DNA from: Tubiluchus corallicola
Lineage: Eukaryota; Animalia; Priapulida
Direction of reading: 5' to 3'
Assembly (NCBI GenBank): GCA_030141605.1
Contig: JAQGDQ010000110.1
Coordinates: 550,361-614,360, forward strand
DNA: 64,000 bases
The position numbers and the translations under genes were made by a program. Position 1 is the first letter of the stretch. Every line of letters begins with the position of its first letter. The notes beneath the pieces are model-generated. The model saw only the letters and a program-made list of their open reading frames with translations. It did not search any database and was not told where the DNA came from. Shown in pieces: positions 53,533-64,000 of the stretch.

Positions 53533-54189
53533 CAACAGAACGTAATCATCTCAGAATGTCACAAGTTTGTGTACTTAAGAATGGTTAAAAACAAACACTT
53601 TGTAGGTACGAAAATGAACGGTTGGATGTATTAATAACAGTAGTAAAGGCTATAATTATAGCATTTTCTTTGACTTTATGCTTAGAGAATTATCTCTTGA
53701 ATATTCTTTTTCAATTGCGAATGTCTTTTACCTTATTTAACTAATAATAATTATTTATTTATTATAATTAATAAATTATAAATCAATTTATAATTATTAT
53801 TCCTAATTGTCGTGAAGTTTGGGCTACACGATTCGCCCCCCAGAGAGAAGCCATTGAATTGAATTGATTTTACGTGTAACTGTAGAAAAGAAGTTAAGCA
53901 GTTGTTGAGTTGGTATGAAAGGGCAAACTAGCAGATATTGCGTTCGGGAAAAAAGAATAAAGTTCAGCGTTACGACGGTGGTAAAAATTCTCGTCTTTTC
54001 GTTTTATTTGTCACAAAAGTCACCGCGACACTAATAATTTAGCTTATCAATGTTTATAATGATTTTGTAATTATACATGAAGTTACTGCGAACACGAGAA
54101 AACTAGAATTTTATCCATAAAACCAGCTTGTATGAGGTGATGTTTGATGTTTGAAACGGGTGATGTTTATTTACATAATTTACTTTTAA

Positions 54190-54310
54190 AAATGTGGAAG
54201 AAGAGAAATATCTTGGCAATATCTTTGATTACGAAAATAGGGTTGATCGTGATATAGATAGACAGCGTGCTTTGTTTTACGCAAGGTCAAACATATTGAT
54301 AAGAATAAAG
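54190..54310 (+). mobile_element. LINE RT-adjacent fragment (RTE-X/L2-like)
   Basis: EEKYLGNIFDYENRVDRDIDRQRALFYARSNILIR matches the post-RT pattern KYLG..D.DI.RQ...Y...N.L.R. Confidence 0.45.
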
Positions 54311-54516
54311 GCATCCGAGTTATTTCCGCTACAAAGTCGTTATGTTTTAATTTTAAAATCAATTATTAATAAATGAATGATACGAATTATAATCAGGAAG
54401 AACAATTCAATGATTAAATTGAATGAAGACTGACGCAGCTTTTCTCATGTATTTGTTAAAGCAAAACCAGGCCCGATCTTGAACTGAACGTCAAAACAAT
54501 CTGCTCTTTAAAATTT

Positions 54517-54800
54517 TGAAAGAGAACATAGCATTTTTTATAAAATGACTTACGTGAAAAAATTATTACAACACAAAAGTAATTTCGCGTTACCGCGGCT
54601 AGTTTTTCGCTGTTACATGCATTTCACCATTCGTGAGTTAGACGGTCACTAGCGCCTGCATTTCGGAAGCGTTTAATGAAAAACAGGTGTTGTACCTCCC
54701 AGTTCAGAGGTGTTCGTTTCTGACGTACTGTACACGGTCGAGAGCTCATGCATGAGCAGAGCGGTAAATTTGAAATTCAATTTTTTTCCTGTTATTTAAT
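54517..54800. mobile_element. Kolobok-like element, truncated copy 3
   Basis: The 5' about 280 bp is collinear with 6144-6420. Confidence 0.7.
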
Positions 54801-55433
54801 TATTTGGCATTATTATGTGTGCTAAAATGTATACATTTTAGAGTACTTCAAAATGGTGTAGGATATGAAAAATCGTTTTGTTTAGCTTTAGAGGAGAAAA
54901 TACTCCGAAAAACTTAAATCTGTGCCAAGAACACCTAGAGTGTCTAGACAGTCCTTGTGCCAAATGACTCACATATCCAAGTAGCCTGCGTACAAATAAG
55001 CCGTGTCCAAAATGTGTGTGTCGAAATAGTCTATGTCGCAAACCCCTGCGTCCAAAACCTCTGTAACCCTATTAAGGTTGAATCCGGTTTTCTTATAATG
55101 TAATTTGTGAAATTTTAATGCTCTTAAGATAGGATTTTAACCATATTAGTGAGTCTACATGCTGGAATAAATAAACAGTAGTTTGTAACTACTATTTGTA
55201 GCCATGTCACACTCCAAACAAAAATTTATCAACAATTCAAGTTTTCTAATACAAGCTACGAGGCTAGTAAGAGCCACGAAACATAAAAATATAAACTACA
55301 GATCAAGTTCAGAATGACTTGATATTTTATATTTAGTAAAAATGAAAATGCATGAAAGTTTTACATGATTAGCAACCATTAACAGACAACCAATCGGTCT
55401 AACAGTACAGCCTATGCTTGTGCGAAATACTTT

Positions 55434-55575
55434 GCTTTACCATGAACATAAGCTAGGTACGTAGTCCATGCTTTGCCAAGAAGATAAGCTACGTAGTCAT
55501 GCTTTACCACGAACGTAAGCTACGTAGTCCATGATTTACCACGAACATAAGCTACGTAGTCAATGCTTTGCCACA
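55434..55575. repeat. About 31-bp minisatellite, 4-5 copies
   Basis: Unit GCTTTACCACGAACATAAGCTACGTAGTCCAT with variants. Confidence 0.85.
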
Positions 55576-55671
55576 GAACATTCTTGTAGCGCTGGTAGAA
55601 AACCAACATTCGTTGTGTCCGCACCCTAACTTGCTAGTGGCGATTGTGCGGTCAACAAAAAACACACAAAG

Positions 55672-56624
55672 ATGTACTACAGAAACAATACACTCTGCTT
55701 TATCTTGTGTTTTATTACCTGCCCAGCGACTTTTATATGTTTGTTGAAAGTGTCGTTCTTTAATAGTGTTCTGGAAAACACCAATGTTTCACAGTGCTTT
55801 GATGACTTCGTCTCCTCACTGGAATTGCTAAAAATCCAGTATGGAGCTTTGGGTGTTGATGATAAGCAGCTATTGGATCACATCAGAAATCGTTGGATTA
55901 TAGGACCGTCTGCATATCCTGCAGTTGGACATGTTGTTGATACCTCACAAATATCCCAGTCAACAGTAGTAGATCAATTGCTTGGTCAAAGACGCTATGG
56001 ATTTTACGTAGAAAGTGGTGCTGCTAATGGACATTTCTCCAATTCTCTCCTTTTTTAGAGAAACCGCGGATGGACAGGACTTTTAATTGAACCAAATCCA
56101 TTATTATTTAAGTCCTTATTGAAAAAAACGCCATGCGTATCTTATAAATGCTTGTATAAGTCCAAATAATACTGCGCGAAAATTAAAATTTGCCATGACT
56201 GGTTTGCTTGGCTTTCTGACAGAAACAATGGAAAAAGGATAGATAAAATAGAATAAGAATTAAGACTAATGCAACTGAACTTCAAGTTACAATGGTACAA
56301 TGCTTCCCTCTTTATTCAGTAATGCTTGCACTTGGTCAAACTCACATTGATTATTTATCTCTAGATGTTGAAGGCGCAGAACTTGATGTGTTAAAAACAA
56401 TTCCGTTTGAAAAACTTACTATAGACTATATGACAATTGAATACCATTCTCATAATGGCACGCACGTATGTGAAGAAAATACGTTATCAAAGTTACGCAA
56501 ATTTATGCAGGAGACAAAGCTTTATCGAGAAGTTACACCATTACCGCCTATGGGGGATGAAAACAGCCAAGATGTAAAAGCTTCTGTGACAGATCAGGCA
56601 CATAGACCAACAAAAGTTCTGTAA
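55672..56624 (+). pseudogene. FkbM-family (Methyltransf_21, protein Star-like) type II membrane methyltransferase, disrupted
   Basis: N-terminal TM; SQISQS..VDQLL..GFYVESGAANG..SNSLLF*RNRGWTGLLIEPNP (TAG at 56056-56058 where Glu is expected); frameshift in the A-run at about 56122-56128 to RHAYLINACISP; a further stop/frameshift near 56240; VQCFPLYSVMLALG..IDYLSLDVEGAELDVLKTIPF. Confidence 0.85.
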
Positions 56625-57744
56625 AACAAACAAAAAAAGAATGAAGGTCACTGTTATTGTCGAGAACTTGCCTAGATTAAATAAGCTAATTTAGCAACAC
56701 TTCGAGTCCTTCTTTCTGATGTGTTGTTTTTTTGTGATTTTAAAGCAATTCGGCTGAGGATAATTTTGTACGTTATCGCTAATGTTGTCTCGAAAGTCGG
56801 TTAGTTTCTTTTGAATTTTAGTTTCTTTTTTGTGTTCTCGTCTGGTCTACATGTTGTTGCTAGCTATAAAATAATAAAACGATTAACGCAAAGATTAATA
56901 CATGATGACAGATGAAGACAAAATATGTCAGACCTAACATCACAAGTTAATAGACAGTGTTCGTAACTTATACGTAACTAAAATTAATAACATTTTAGTT
57001 CGTTTAGTTTAGCATTTTACATGGAACATTTTACAACTAACTACTTGTGCACAGATAAATGGCAAACGAAGATGTTTGTTTTATATTACACCATAGCTGT
57101 TTTCCGAGACGAAATTCCTTACATAAATTTATGTATCAATCCTGGAAAAAGCAGCTTAATAGGAAGTAAAGAATCACTTTCTGACTAACATGGAATGAAC
57201 AGCTAAAGACCAAATCTAAGTAGGTAGAATTAAAGAGTTGCATAATGTAATGAGATGAACTTGTGAAAGATTGTGCTTGATGTGGGAAGTAATACCAAAA
57301 TTTTTTGATATTTTAAGGCTAATCATGTAAATGTGTAATCCTGATATATGTTAGTCCAGTCTAACATTTCTTGGATGATAATACCAAGGAATTTGGTCTC
57401 TTTGATTACTTCAAAAATTTTACCAACAATGAAAAGTATTGGTGCGTTTCACACTTTGCAAACGTCATTTATAAGTCATTAGTGGCTAATGACAGAGGGA
57501 AGGGAACGTTGACCTCCGAAAAGTCTGCCGCATTTTTGTTCATACAATTGTAAATAGAACTGACGGCACGGTGAAATTGACCTATGCTACTTTGCTGCAC
57601 TAGATTTAACCTGTCAGTGTTATTCTCGGTATTGTTTCTGGTAAATGTTACAGCAACAATAAACATTATTATTAGCCACGTCTTATATTACGAGTGATCC
57701 AGTATGAGAATTGAGTAGTTTACAGTTGAGTTATATTCCTGCCT

Positions 57745-57920
57745 GCTTTGAGTGGTTTAGATTTCGGGCTGCAACAACGCAGTCTTGAGTTCGAGACTAG
57801 AGGCTACCAACAACACGGCATATACCCTACGCGTTATTCGAAATTTGTGTGTTGACCTGTATTGTTGTAAGTGTAAGTCGCAATGTTGTCTGTTAAGTGA
57901 GTGTGGTAAATAAAACTAAT
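57745..57920 (+). mobile_element. tRNA-derived SINE-like element
   Basis: GAGTGGTTTAG (A-box-like) ... GAGTTCGAGAC (B-box-like), then a body ending AATAAAACT. Confidence 0.4.
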
Positions 57921-59119
57921 CTTTGTCTTTTGACTTGTATTGATAAAGTAGTTTTGCAGAAAAGTTTGAAATCCGCTATAGAAAGAGCCAAGTGGAGAGG
58001 ACTACTGCATGTCTTACTGACAGTGGGATTGTCACGTTATCACCAGGTCTTTTTAGCTAGATAGCTAAATGCATGAAAGATGACGCCCAAATGACAGGAG
58101 GAAGCTATTGCTTCTGCATCATGTTGCAAGAGAAATTAGTGATACGTTTATCGTAATAGAATCACCATAATAATAATGCAGTACACAATGATTAGCATAA
58201 TGAAAGTCGTCAAAAAACAACTATCTAATCTACAAGAGGTATGAGAAAGTGGTACCATACTTTTGGCTTGTAGCAACTGAAGAAGTTTCCAAAAGTGGCA
58301 CTGCGCAGCGTTATATAGAAACTGGTGCTGCAGTTCAGACACGTTGGCAAAGCAAAACATACAGCATACAACAATGACAAACTGTGTCATATGTTTGAAA
58401 CACCTTTGTTTGATATTTTTACATAGTTTGACCCAGAGCAATTCAGAATTCAACGAAAGGGTCTGTGATCATTGCGAACTGGTGTAATACATATAGTATG
58501 TAATATTGTGTCAAAATAAAACGAACTTGAATTTCAAAATTTAGGTGTTTATGACGAACCCTTATCTCGTGTGGTTTTTAGAGATTGTCTAATGGTATCA
58601 ACGAAATGCTAATCCTGTACAGTGAATGAAAATACGTAGAACATTTATAGAAGGTGGTCAAACATCCATTCACTATCTAGCTTTGAGGTTGCTCAACTTA
58701 TTGTGAATTGCAAACATAATTTTAGACCATTTTAAGTGTTTCTTGCAGAACTCGGTTTACCAAACAAAAATTGGCTTTACAGGCTTAAATATAACATGAT
58801 TATCATTTGTAATAATAGCATTTACACGTAAATTCATCAATGGTTAAAACTTTTTTTGTATTTTCCAGAATAGATTTGTCGTAGTGATTTAGAGAAAAAC
58901 ACTTTTCACTACCGTCAAATTGTTCTTTGCGGCAGTTCTTAAAACTTGGGACAATAACTGGTGGTTTGAGTGTTAACAATGGTATGCAGACAGCGTTCTT
59001 TCTATGGACGTGGACCTAGTCTGCTGGATAAACAAGAATTCAGCATCTGAGAGAGTCTGAAAAAAGACGAGCGGTTTTATATCAGCGTGTCCCCATACTT
59101 CTGACGCCTACTGTCTTGT

Positions 59120-59255
59120 AGAGTTGCATAGAATTGCGTGGAGCAAAATCCGTATGTCCACTCTCAACCTTCATACTGAAACAGGACATTGGCCAGACCA
59201 CCTGGACTTGTAGTTGCGATGGAACACAGCTGAAACATAGAACTGAACACGAGAC
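59120..59255 (+). mobile_element. RTE-X-like LINE C-terminal relic
   Basis: ELHRIAWSKIRMSTLNLHTETGHW..TCSCDG resembles the R..S.H.L..ETGRW..C.C motif. Confidence 0.45.
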
Positions 59256-59497
59256 AGTCAGTAAAGGCAATCATTCTGCAAGAACTTTTACAGCTTGAGA
59301 AAATTTCGAGAGGAATGCTCTCAAAGAAAATATCACATAACATCAAGTGCATCAACGAACACGGAAAAAATCACCAAATCACCTAAAAAGCATCTTCTAT
59401 CACAGTCTCCTCTCAAACAAAAATTAGTTTTTTATGTCCGAAAGAACAAATTTTGCTCTTTTCGGATCTGTGAGATAGAAGTGCAGCGAACTTAATC

Positions 59498-60502
59498 ATG
59501 TATAAAATAGTAACCTTTCCAATAGCAGATCTCAAACGCATATTTTTATGTTTGGTCATATTATGTGGCTTTTTCTATATAATTTCAGTAATTTATGAAC
59601 CAACCAGCACATTCAAAAATGATATTTCATGCCAAGGCAATTACCATCGCTTTTTCGATTATTTTCTTCAGCAAAAGTGTTATGAAAACGACATTGCTAA
59701 AGTTAATCATGAAAGATTACAACGGATTACAGAGGTGTGCAAAAATATAGGCAATTCAACAAGAGGTATAATTGATTATAGATATATTTTAGTTAGTGAT
59801 CAGCACAAATTTTTATATTGTCACATTCCAAAGATTGCTACAACTGTGTGGAAGCATGTTCTTTCAGCTTTACAAGAAAATCGCAGCTTGAACAATGTAA
59901 TTTTGCGTAGCCATAGAGTTCATATATCTCAAAATGAAAACCATCTAGGAAAATATTCCAAAGAACAGATACAGTACCGCATGGACAACTACTACAAATT
60001 TATTTTTGCTCGTCACCCATTAGATAGACTGGTTTCTGCATTTCGAAGCAAAGTTAATGGTACTGATGGACCAGGAGGCATGAGGAATTATCTTCGATGG
60101 AGTAAAAAATATGAACGTCGAATTGCGATTGAGCAGCAACGAAGCGTAAATATGCAACGTTTTGAGGAATTTTTAAACTATTTGTTAGATCAAAGTTCTC
60201 ATACACATTATGCAATCAAGCGAAATGTAAACGAACATTGGGAATCGTACCTAAAGTTGTGTAATCCTTGTGCTGTGAATTATGATTTTGTTGGTAAATA
60301 TGAAACAATAGAACGCGACGCAAATTTCATATTTAAAAAGCTCAATGTAAGCAAATTTATCCAGTGGCCAACGAACGATACTTGGCCAGTAAAACCTGAC
60401 TACAGACAATATTTTATGGGCACTTCGAAACATGTAATGGAGAAACTGTGTCATCGCTATATTAATGATTTCGATCTATTTGGTTATGAATGTAAACTAT
60501 GA
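59498..60502 (+). CDS. Carbohydrate sulfotransferase (Sulfotransfer_2; CHST8-14/HNK-1ST family, CHST11-like), intronless CDS
   Basis: N-terminal TM; 5'-PSB FLYCHIPKIATTVWK; 3'-PB FARHPLDRLVSAFRSK; NEHW..LCNPCAVNYDFVGKYET; YINDFDLFGY. Confidence 0.95.
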   Translation: MYKIVTFPIADLKRIFLCLVILCGFFYIISVIYEPTSTFKNDISCQGNYHRFFDYFLQQKCYENDIAKVNHERLQRITEVCKNIGNSTRGIIDYRYILVSDQHKFLYCHIPKIATTVWKHVLSALQENRSLNNVILRSHRVHISQNENHLGKYSKEQIQYRMDNYYKFIFARHPLDRLVSAFRSKVNGTDGPGGMRNYLRWSKKYERRIAIEQQRSVNMQRFEEFLNYLLDQSSHTHYAIKRNVNEHWESYLKLCNPCAVNYDFVGKYETIERDANFIFKKLNVSKFIQWPTNDTWPVKPDYRQYFMGTSKHVMEKLCHRYINDFDLFGYECKL

Positions 60503-60625
60503 AGCGTTTCAATATTTTAAGTATTTACCTTTAATTTATATATTTCATCAGATCTAAAAAAAAAATGTCTGCGATTTTGTCGTAAATTGCAAGACTGTTG
60601 AGACAAGCCCTTTCACAGTTTTGTT

Positions 60626-60853
60626 CTGCGCATGCGCAGTTGCTGTAGGTCAAAGTTACCGCAGCAACACGTTTAAACTACAACCGGTACGTGACGTGTG
60701 CGTAAACCAAAGCCGCATGCCGCATCAATTCAGCAACTTCAGTTGTATTACGTGCATTATTTTGTGTGTAGAGTGATTTACAGCAGGGTCTTGCTTGGGA
60801 ACAAGAAAAAAGGAACTACTTAAGGGATAACTAACTAATTCTTTAATGTAAGT
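60626..60853 (+). promoter_or_regulatory. CpG-rich putative promoter and first non-coding exon of the SLC22 gene
   Basis: Perfect palindrome CTGCGCATGCGCAG (NRF1 motif) at 60626-60639, local CpG enrichment, donor-like GTAAGT at 60848; the SLC22 ATG is preceded by an acceptor. Confidence 0.4.
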
Positions 60854-61233
60854 TTAAACTCCCGCGATGACCGTTAGACGCAGCCATTTTGACGATAAGT
60901 CATTTGAAACAAGATTAGATAACACTGAATAAAGTTCGAAAATTAATCAGAGCATTCGTGGCCACAAGTCACTAACTAAATAAAATTTTAAATTACTGTA
61001 TCTTGTCAATAAGATTAAAAAAACGTTTTTTGGTTTGTGAGTGGTGCACTCTATAGGTGAGTCAACTACATTTTACCAATTGCTGAAAGTATTTTAATAA
61101 TTGATAATTTTCTTTCTAATTACATAAGTCTTTCAAACACGTAAGCGAAATGCTAAGTAACATAAGTTTGCATGGAAAGTTTAACATTTCCTTTTCTTCA
61201 CCTGATTTACGTTGCTCGTATATTACGTCATAT

Positions 61234-61700
61234 AATGGCGCCGCTGAAACAATATAGCTACAAGAGTCTCCGGGCAGTACTTCCATACGCATTCTCATTG
61301 GCTGCGGGACTTCACCTTGCTGACTTCAAATTAAAATGGCGGAGTTGTCGACTACAAGACCTAAAAGTGATAAAATGAAACACGAGTTCTACTTTGAAGT
61401 ATCAGAAGGTAGTTTCAGCCATGCCGACTTATTGGCGATTTTGGTTTGCAAACACGCAATTATTGATAATAACACTTCAGGTAAATCAAGCAACATAACT
61501 GTGATCAGACATTATGCGAGGTAGTAGTGCAACTGCAATACATTAGTTAGTGCGTTACGTGCATTCACAACCCGTATTCAACAACTCCGTCATTTTAGCT
61601 TGACGTCATCAAGGAGAAGTCCAGCAGCCAATGATAATGCGTAGGGAGTTACTGCCTCGAGACTCTTGTCATGCCATTATTTAATGTTGTAGGCGCCATC
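61234..61700. mobile_element. Foldback element with about 125-bp inverted arms
   Basis: ACAAGAGTCTCCGGGCAGTACTTCCATACGCATTCTCATTGGCTGCGGGACTTCACCTTGCTGACTTCAAATTAAAATGGCGGAGTTGT pairs with the reverse complement of 61573-61700. Confidence 0.75.
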
Positions 61701-62201
61701 CGCTAAATTTAGCGCACTACACATGCGATATGTGATTTCGAAATTATATTTAATTTTCATACCTTTAGTAAATTAAGGAGAAACCACTAATTAATGTGGA
61801 CCGCTGTAAGTGCATTCATGCCAGGTGGTGCCTCAGACATTAGCTAGTTATCTTTAATTGTAATTATATTCTATTCGTGTAAATGTACAATTGTATTTTC
61901 AGAGTGAATAAATAATCTAATCTAATAATCTAATTAAAATTTGTGGAGAGGCAGTGCGGTACATGGTCAGTTCACTTTTCGCTCACTTTTACCCGTTCAA
62001 CACATATGATTGTGGCCAGAAATTCCCTGTTTGCAAAAGATAATTTGGCAAGATGCCAGAACTGCCAGAAATGTGTCAGCTGGTTCGCGTACGAATAAGT
62101 TCTTGTCCAAGTAAATAAATAGTCAGGGTATGTGTGACAGATTAAACTATCCAGGTGACACAACAAAAAGCACTACACTAAAAATGTAAAAATATAGCTT
62201 C

Positions 62202-62545
62202 GTAATAACCGTATCCAGTTGAAGAGAGTGCAAAAGCAATTTTTAAATGGTGTTTTCAACTTTCAACTGAACTAAATGTGAATAGTGAACGAAAATACTC
62301 TAGATCACAAAACAATGCCTGACTAAATGTCCAGTCAACAAAAAACTCCAACAGAATGCTCTGCTCAAGTACCTTGTACATGCAAAGCAAAATGTTTTTT
62401 TAAAGAAGAAAACTTGTAATTCTTGATAGGACTATTTTTTCAATTACATTCCGACCTTAAATTGTTGAATTCGTTTTTGTAGAATGAAACAGCCATTGTG
62501 ATATTTAACCCCGAAGAGCTTGCTCGTGTGCAAGCATGTAAAATC
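62202..62545 (+). repeat. Direct repeat, copy B of 51272-51667
   Basis: Same sequence and orientation, about 10.9 kb downstream. Confidence 0.9.
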
Positions 62546-62980
62546 CGTGATATAACACCCACTTGGTTCTCACAGAACTCATTTTTGGTTTTGCATAAAT
62601 ATCTTCTATTTACTAATGTATTTATTTATTTATTGACGATTTACAAACTATAAAATTACAACTGCAATTACAAGTTACAAAACATTACATAAACAATGCA
62701 GTACATTACAATGAAGGGAAAAACACAACGACAAAACCCCGCACATGGGGTATAATCGGGTATAAATGATCGTAATTTAAACATAAGCTTGGTCAGTGGA
62801 CATTGGACCTACTGAAGGCCTGATAACCTTCAAAATTGATCTACTGACCAATACGCGTCAGAGTTTGCCCTATAGTTTATAAAACAGCTATGGCCATTAA
62901 TTAAATAAAATGAATATGTGAATGAATATTAAATTTATTATAACTGTCGTTTGCAGTGTTTACCCACAATTTCACAGACC

Positions 62981-63791
62981 ATGTTGGAATTTGATGATAT
63001 TCTGCCATATATTGGCGGATTTGGACGTTTCCAGTTCTATGTTTATTTGCTGTTGGTGGGACCAATGCTGTACAGTTGCATGCCAGTTCTAAACAGATTC
63101 TTCTTTACTGCCATTCCAGACCATTGGTGCCAGATTCCAGAACTGGATGGCTGGAATTTGACAGCGGAGGAAGTCAGAACTTTCACATTGCCCATGGAGA
63201 TGAGAGATGGTGCAATGCAGCACAGTCAGTGCTTTATGTACAATGCCAGTTTTAGCAACGTCTTAATGGCTGGTGGTGATCCCATACCTGATACCAACTG
63301 GTCTAAGATACCGTGTCAGTATGGTTGGGAGTATTCAAAGGTCTATTTTGAAAGCACAGTTGCAACAGAGGTAGGCCAGATTACTTCAAGCAGGTACTTT
63401 TTTATGAGTTTTCACGATCTTGTAGTATCTTGCAGTAATATACTGCTTGTAAACGAACTTATCTATGGTACAGCGGCGTTTCTGATGGGCCGTTGTTCTT
63501 ACGTGCTGTTAACACTCATTATTGCAGAGTTAGACTAGCGATAAGAATTTATCTGATTAGTTTTGAGTTTTTCTGATTTATTTTAACTTCACTTTGTACA
63601 AGTTATAATTACATCATTACATATTCAATGATTGTGACTTCCATCATTGTATCATTACAATGTGCAATTGTTGATCAATTTTTCTAGTGGGATTTGGTTT
63701 GTGAAAAGTCGCATGTAGGAAGTACAATTCTTGCAATTCTTCAGTTTGCCTCCATTCCTGGGCTAATTATATTTGGTGCAATTGGCGATGC
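62981..63791 (+). CDS. SLC22 organic cation/anion transporter, first two coding exons (gene continues beyond the window)
   Basis: Exon 62981-63370 MLEFDDILPYIGGFGRFQ..PDHWC..SQCFMY..PCQYGWEY..STVATE; exon 63688-63791 WDLVC..IFGAIGD; GT-AG boundaries. Confidence 0.93.
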
Positions 63792-64000
63792 GTAAGTACG
63801 TTCCATCATCAAATAGTTGGCTGCATCTATATAAAGATTTAATTTACAATAGAACGTATTAAAATTTCAATGTACGCCAAATGTAAGTAAAAGTATGTAT
63901 GGCTTCGCACTTGCTTTCAGCTGCATATTTTTGCTCAATACATCAGTGTCAATGATGTTTCAGCAATTTCATTAGACAAACACCACAAGTACAGAGAATG

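Noticed and set aside
56056-56058. In-frame TAG as programmed readthrough
   Set aside because: Additional frameshifts follow, so decay is the simpler explanation.
29739-63791. Cytochrome b5 + FMO + sulfotransferase + SLC22 as a small-molecule (pigment or detoxification) cluster
   Set aside because: The sulfotransferase is a Golgi carbohydrate type, not a cytosolic SULT; FMOs do not need cytochrome b5; no P450 or PKS is present in the window.

Overview
AT-rich, intron-rich animal DNA, probably from a marine invertebrate (inferred from the gene and transposon families). The left half is a minus-strand VPS18 gene with 24 coding exons traced; it runs off the left edge inside the RING-H2 finger. 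A 5.1-kb VPS18 intron contains an antisense DEG/ENaC channel gene with an intronless CDS. Next come a decayed histone H4 orphon and a 6-exon membrane-anchored cytochrome b5 gene, whose first intron holds a young, 5'-truncated Crack/L2-group LINE. The right part is a run of single-coding-exon genes: a flavin monooxygenase, a probably GPI-anchored tandem-FN3 protein, a GT10 alpha-1,3-fucosyltransferase, an FkbM/Star-like methyltransferase pseudogene and a CHST11-like carbohydrate sulfotransferase. The first exons of an SLC22 transporter follow. Many transposons are present (RTE with a nested insertion, RTE-X and CR1 relics, hAT, pogo/Tigger-like and Kolobok-like MITEs, tRNA-derived SINE heads). 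The best candidates for something new are the fucosyl-/methyl-/sulfo-transferase neighbourhood, a possible Golgi glycan-tailoring cluster bracketed by direct repeats, and the nested DEG/ENaC channel with a divergent ectodomain. All calls were made by eye from translation and motif recognition; no searches were run.
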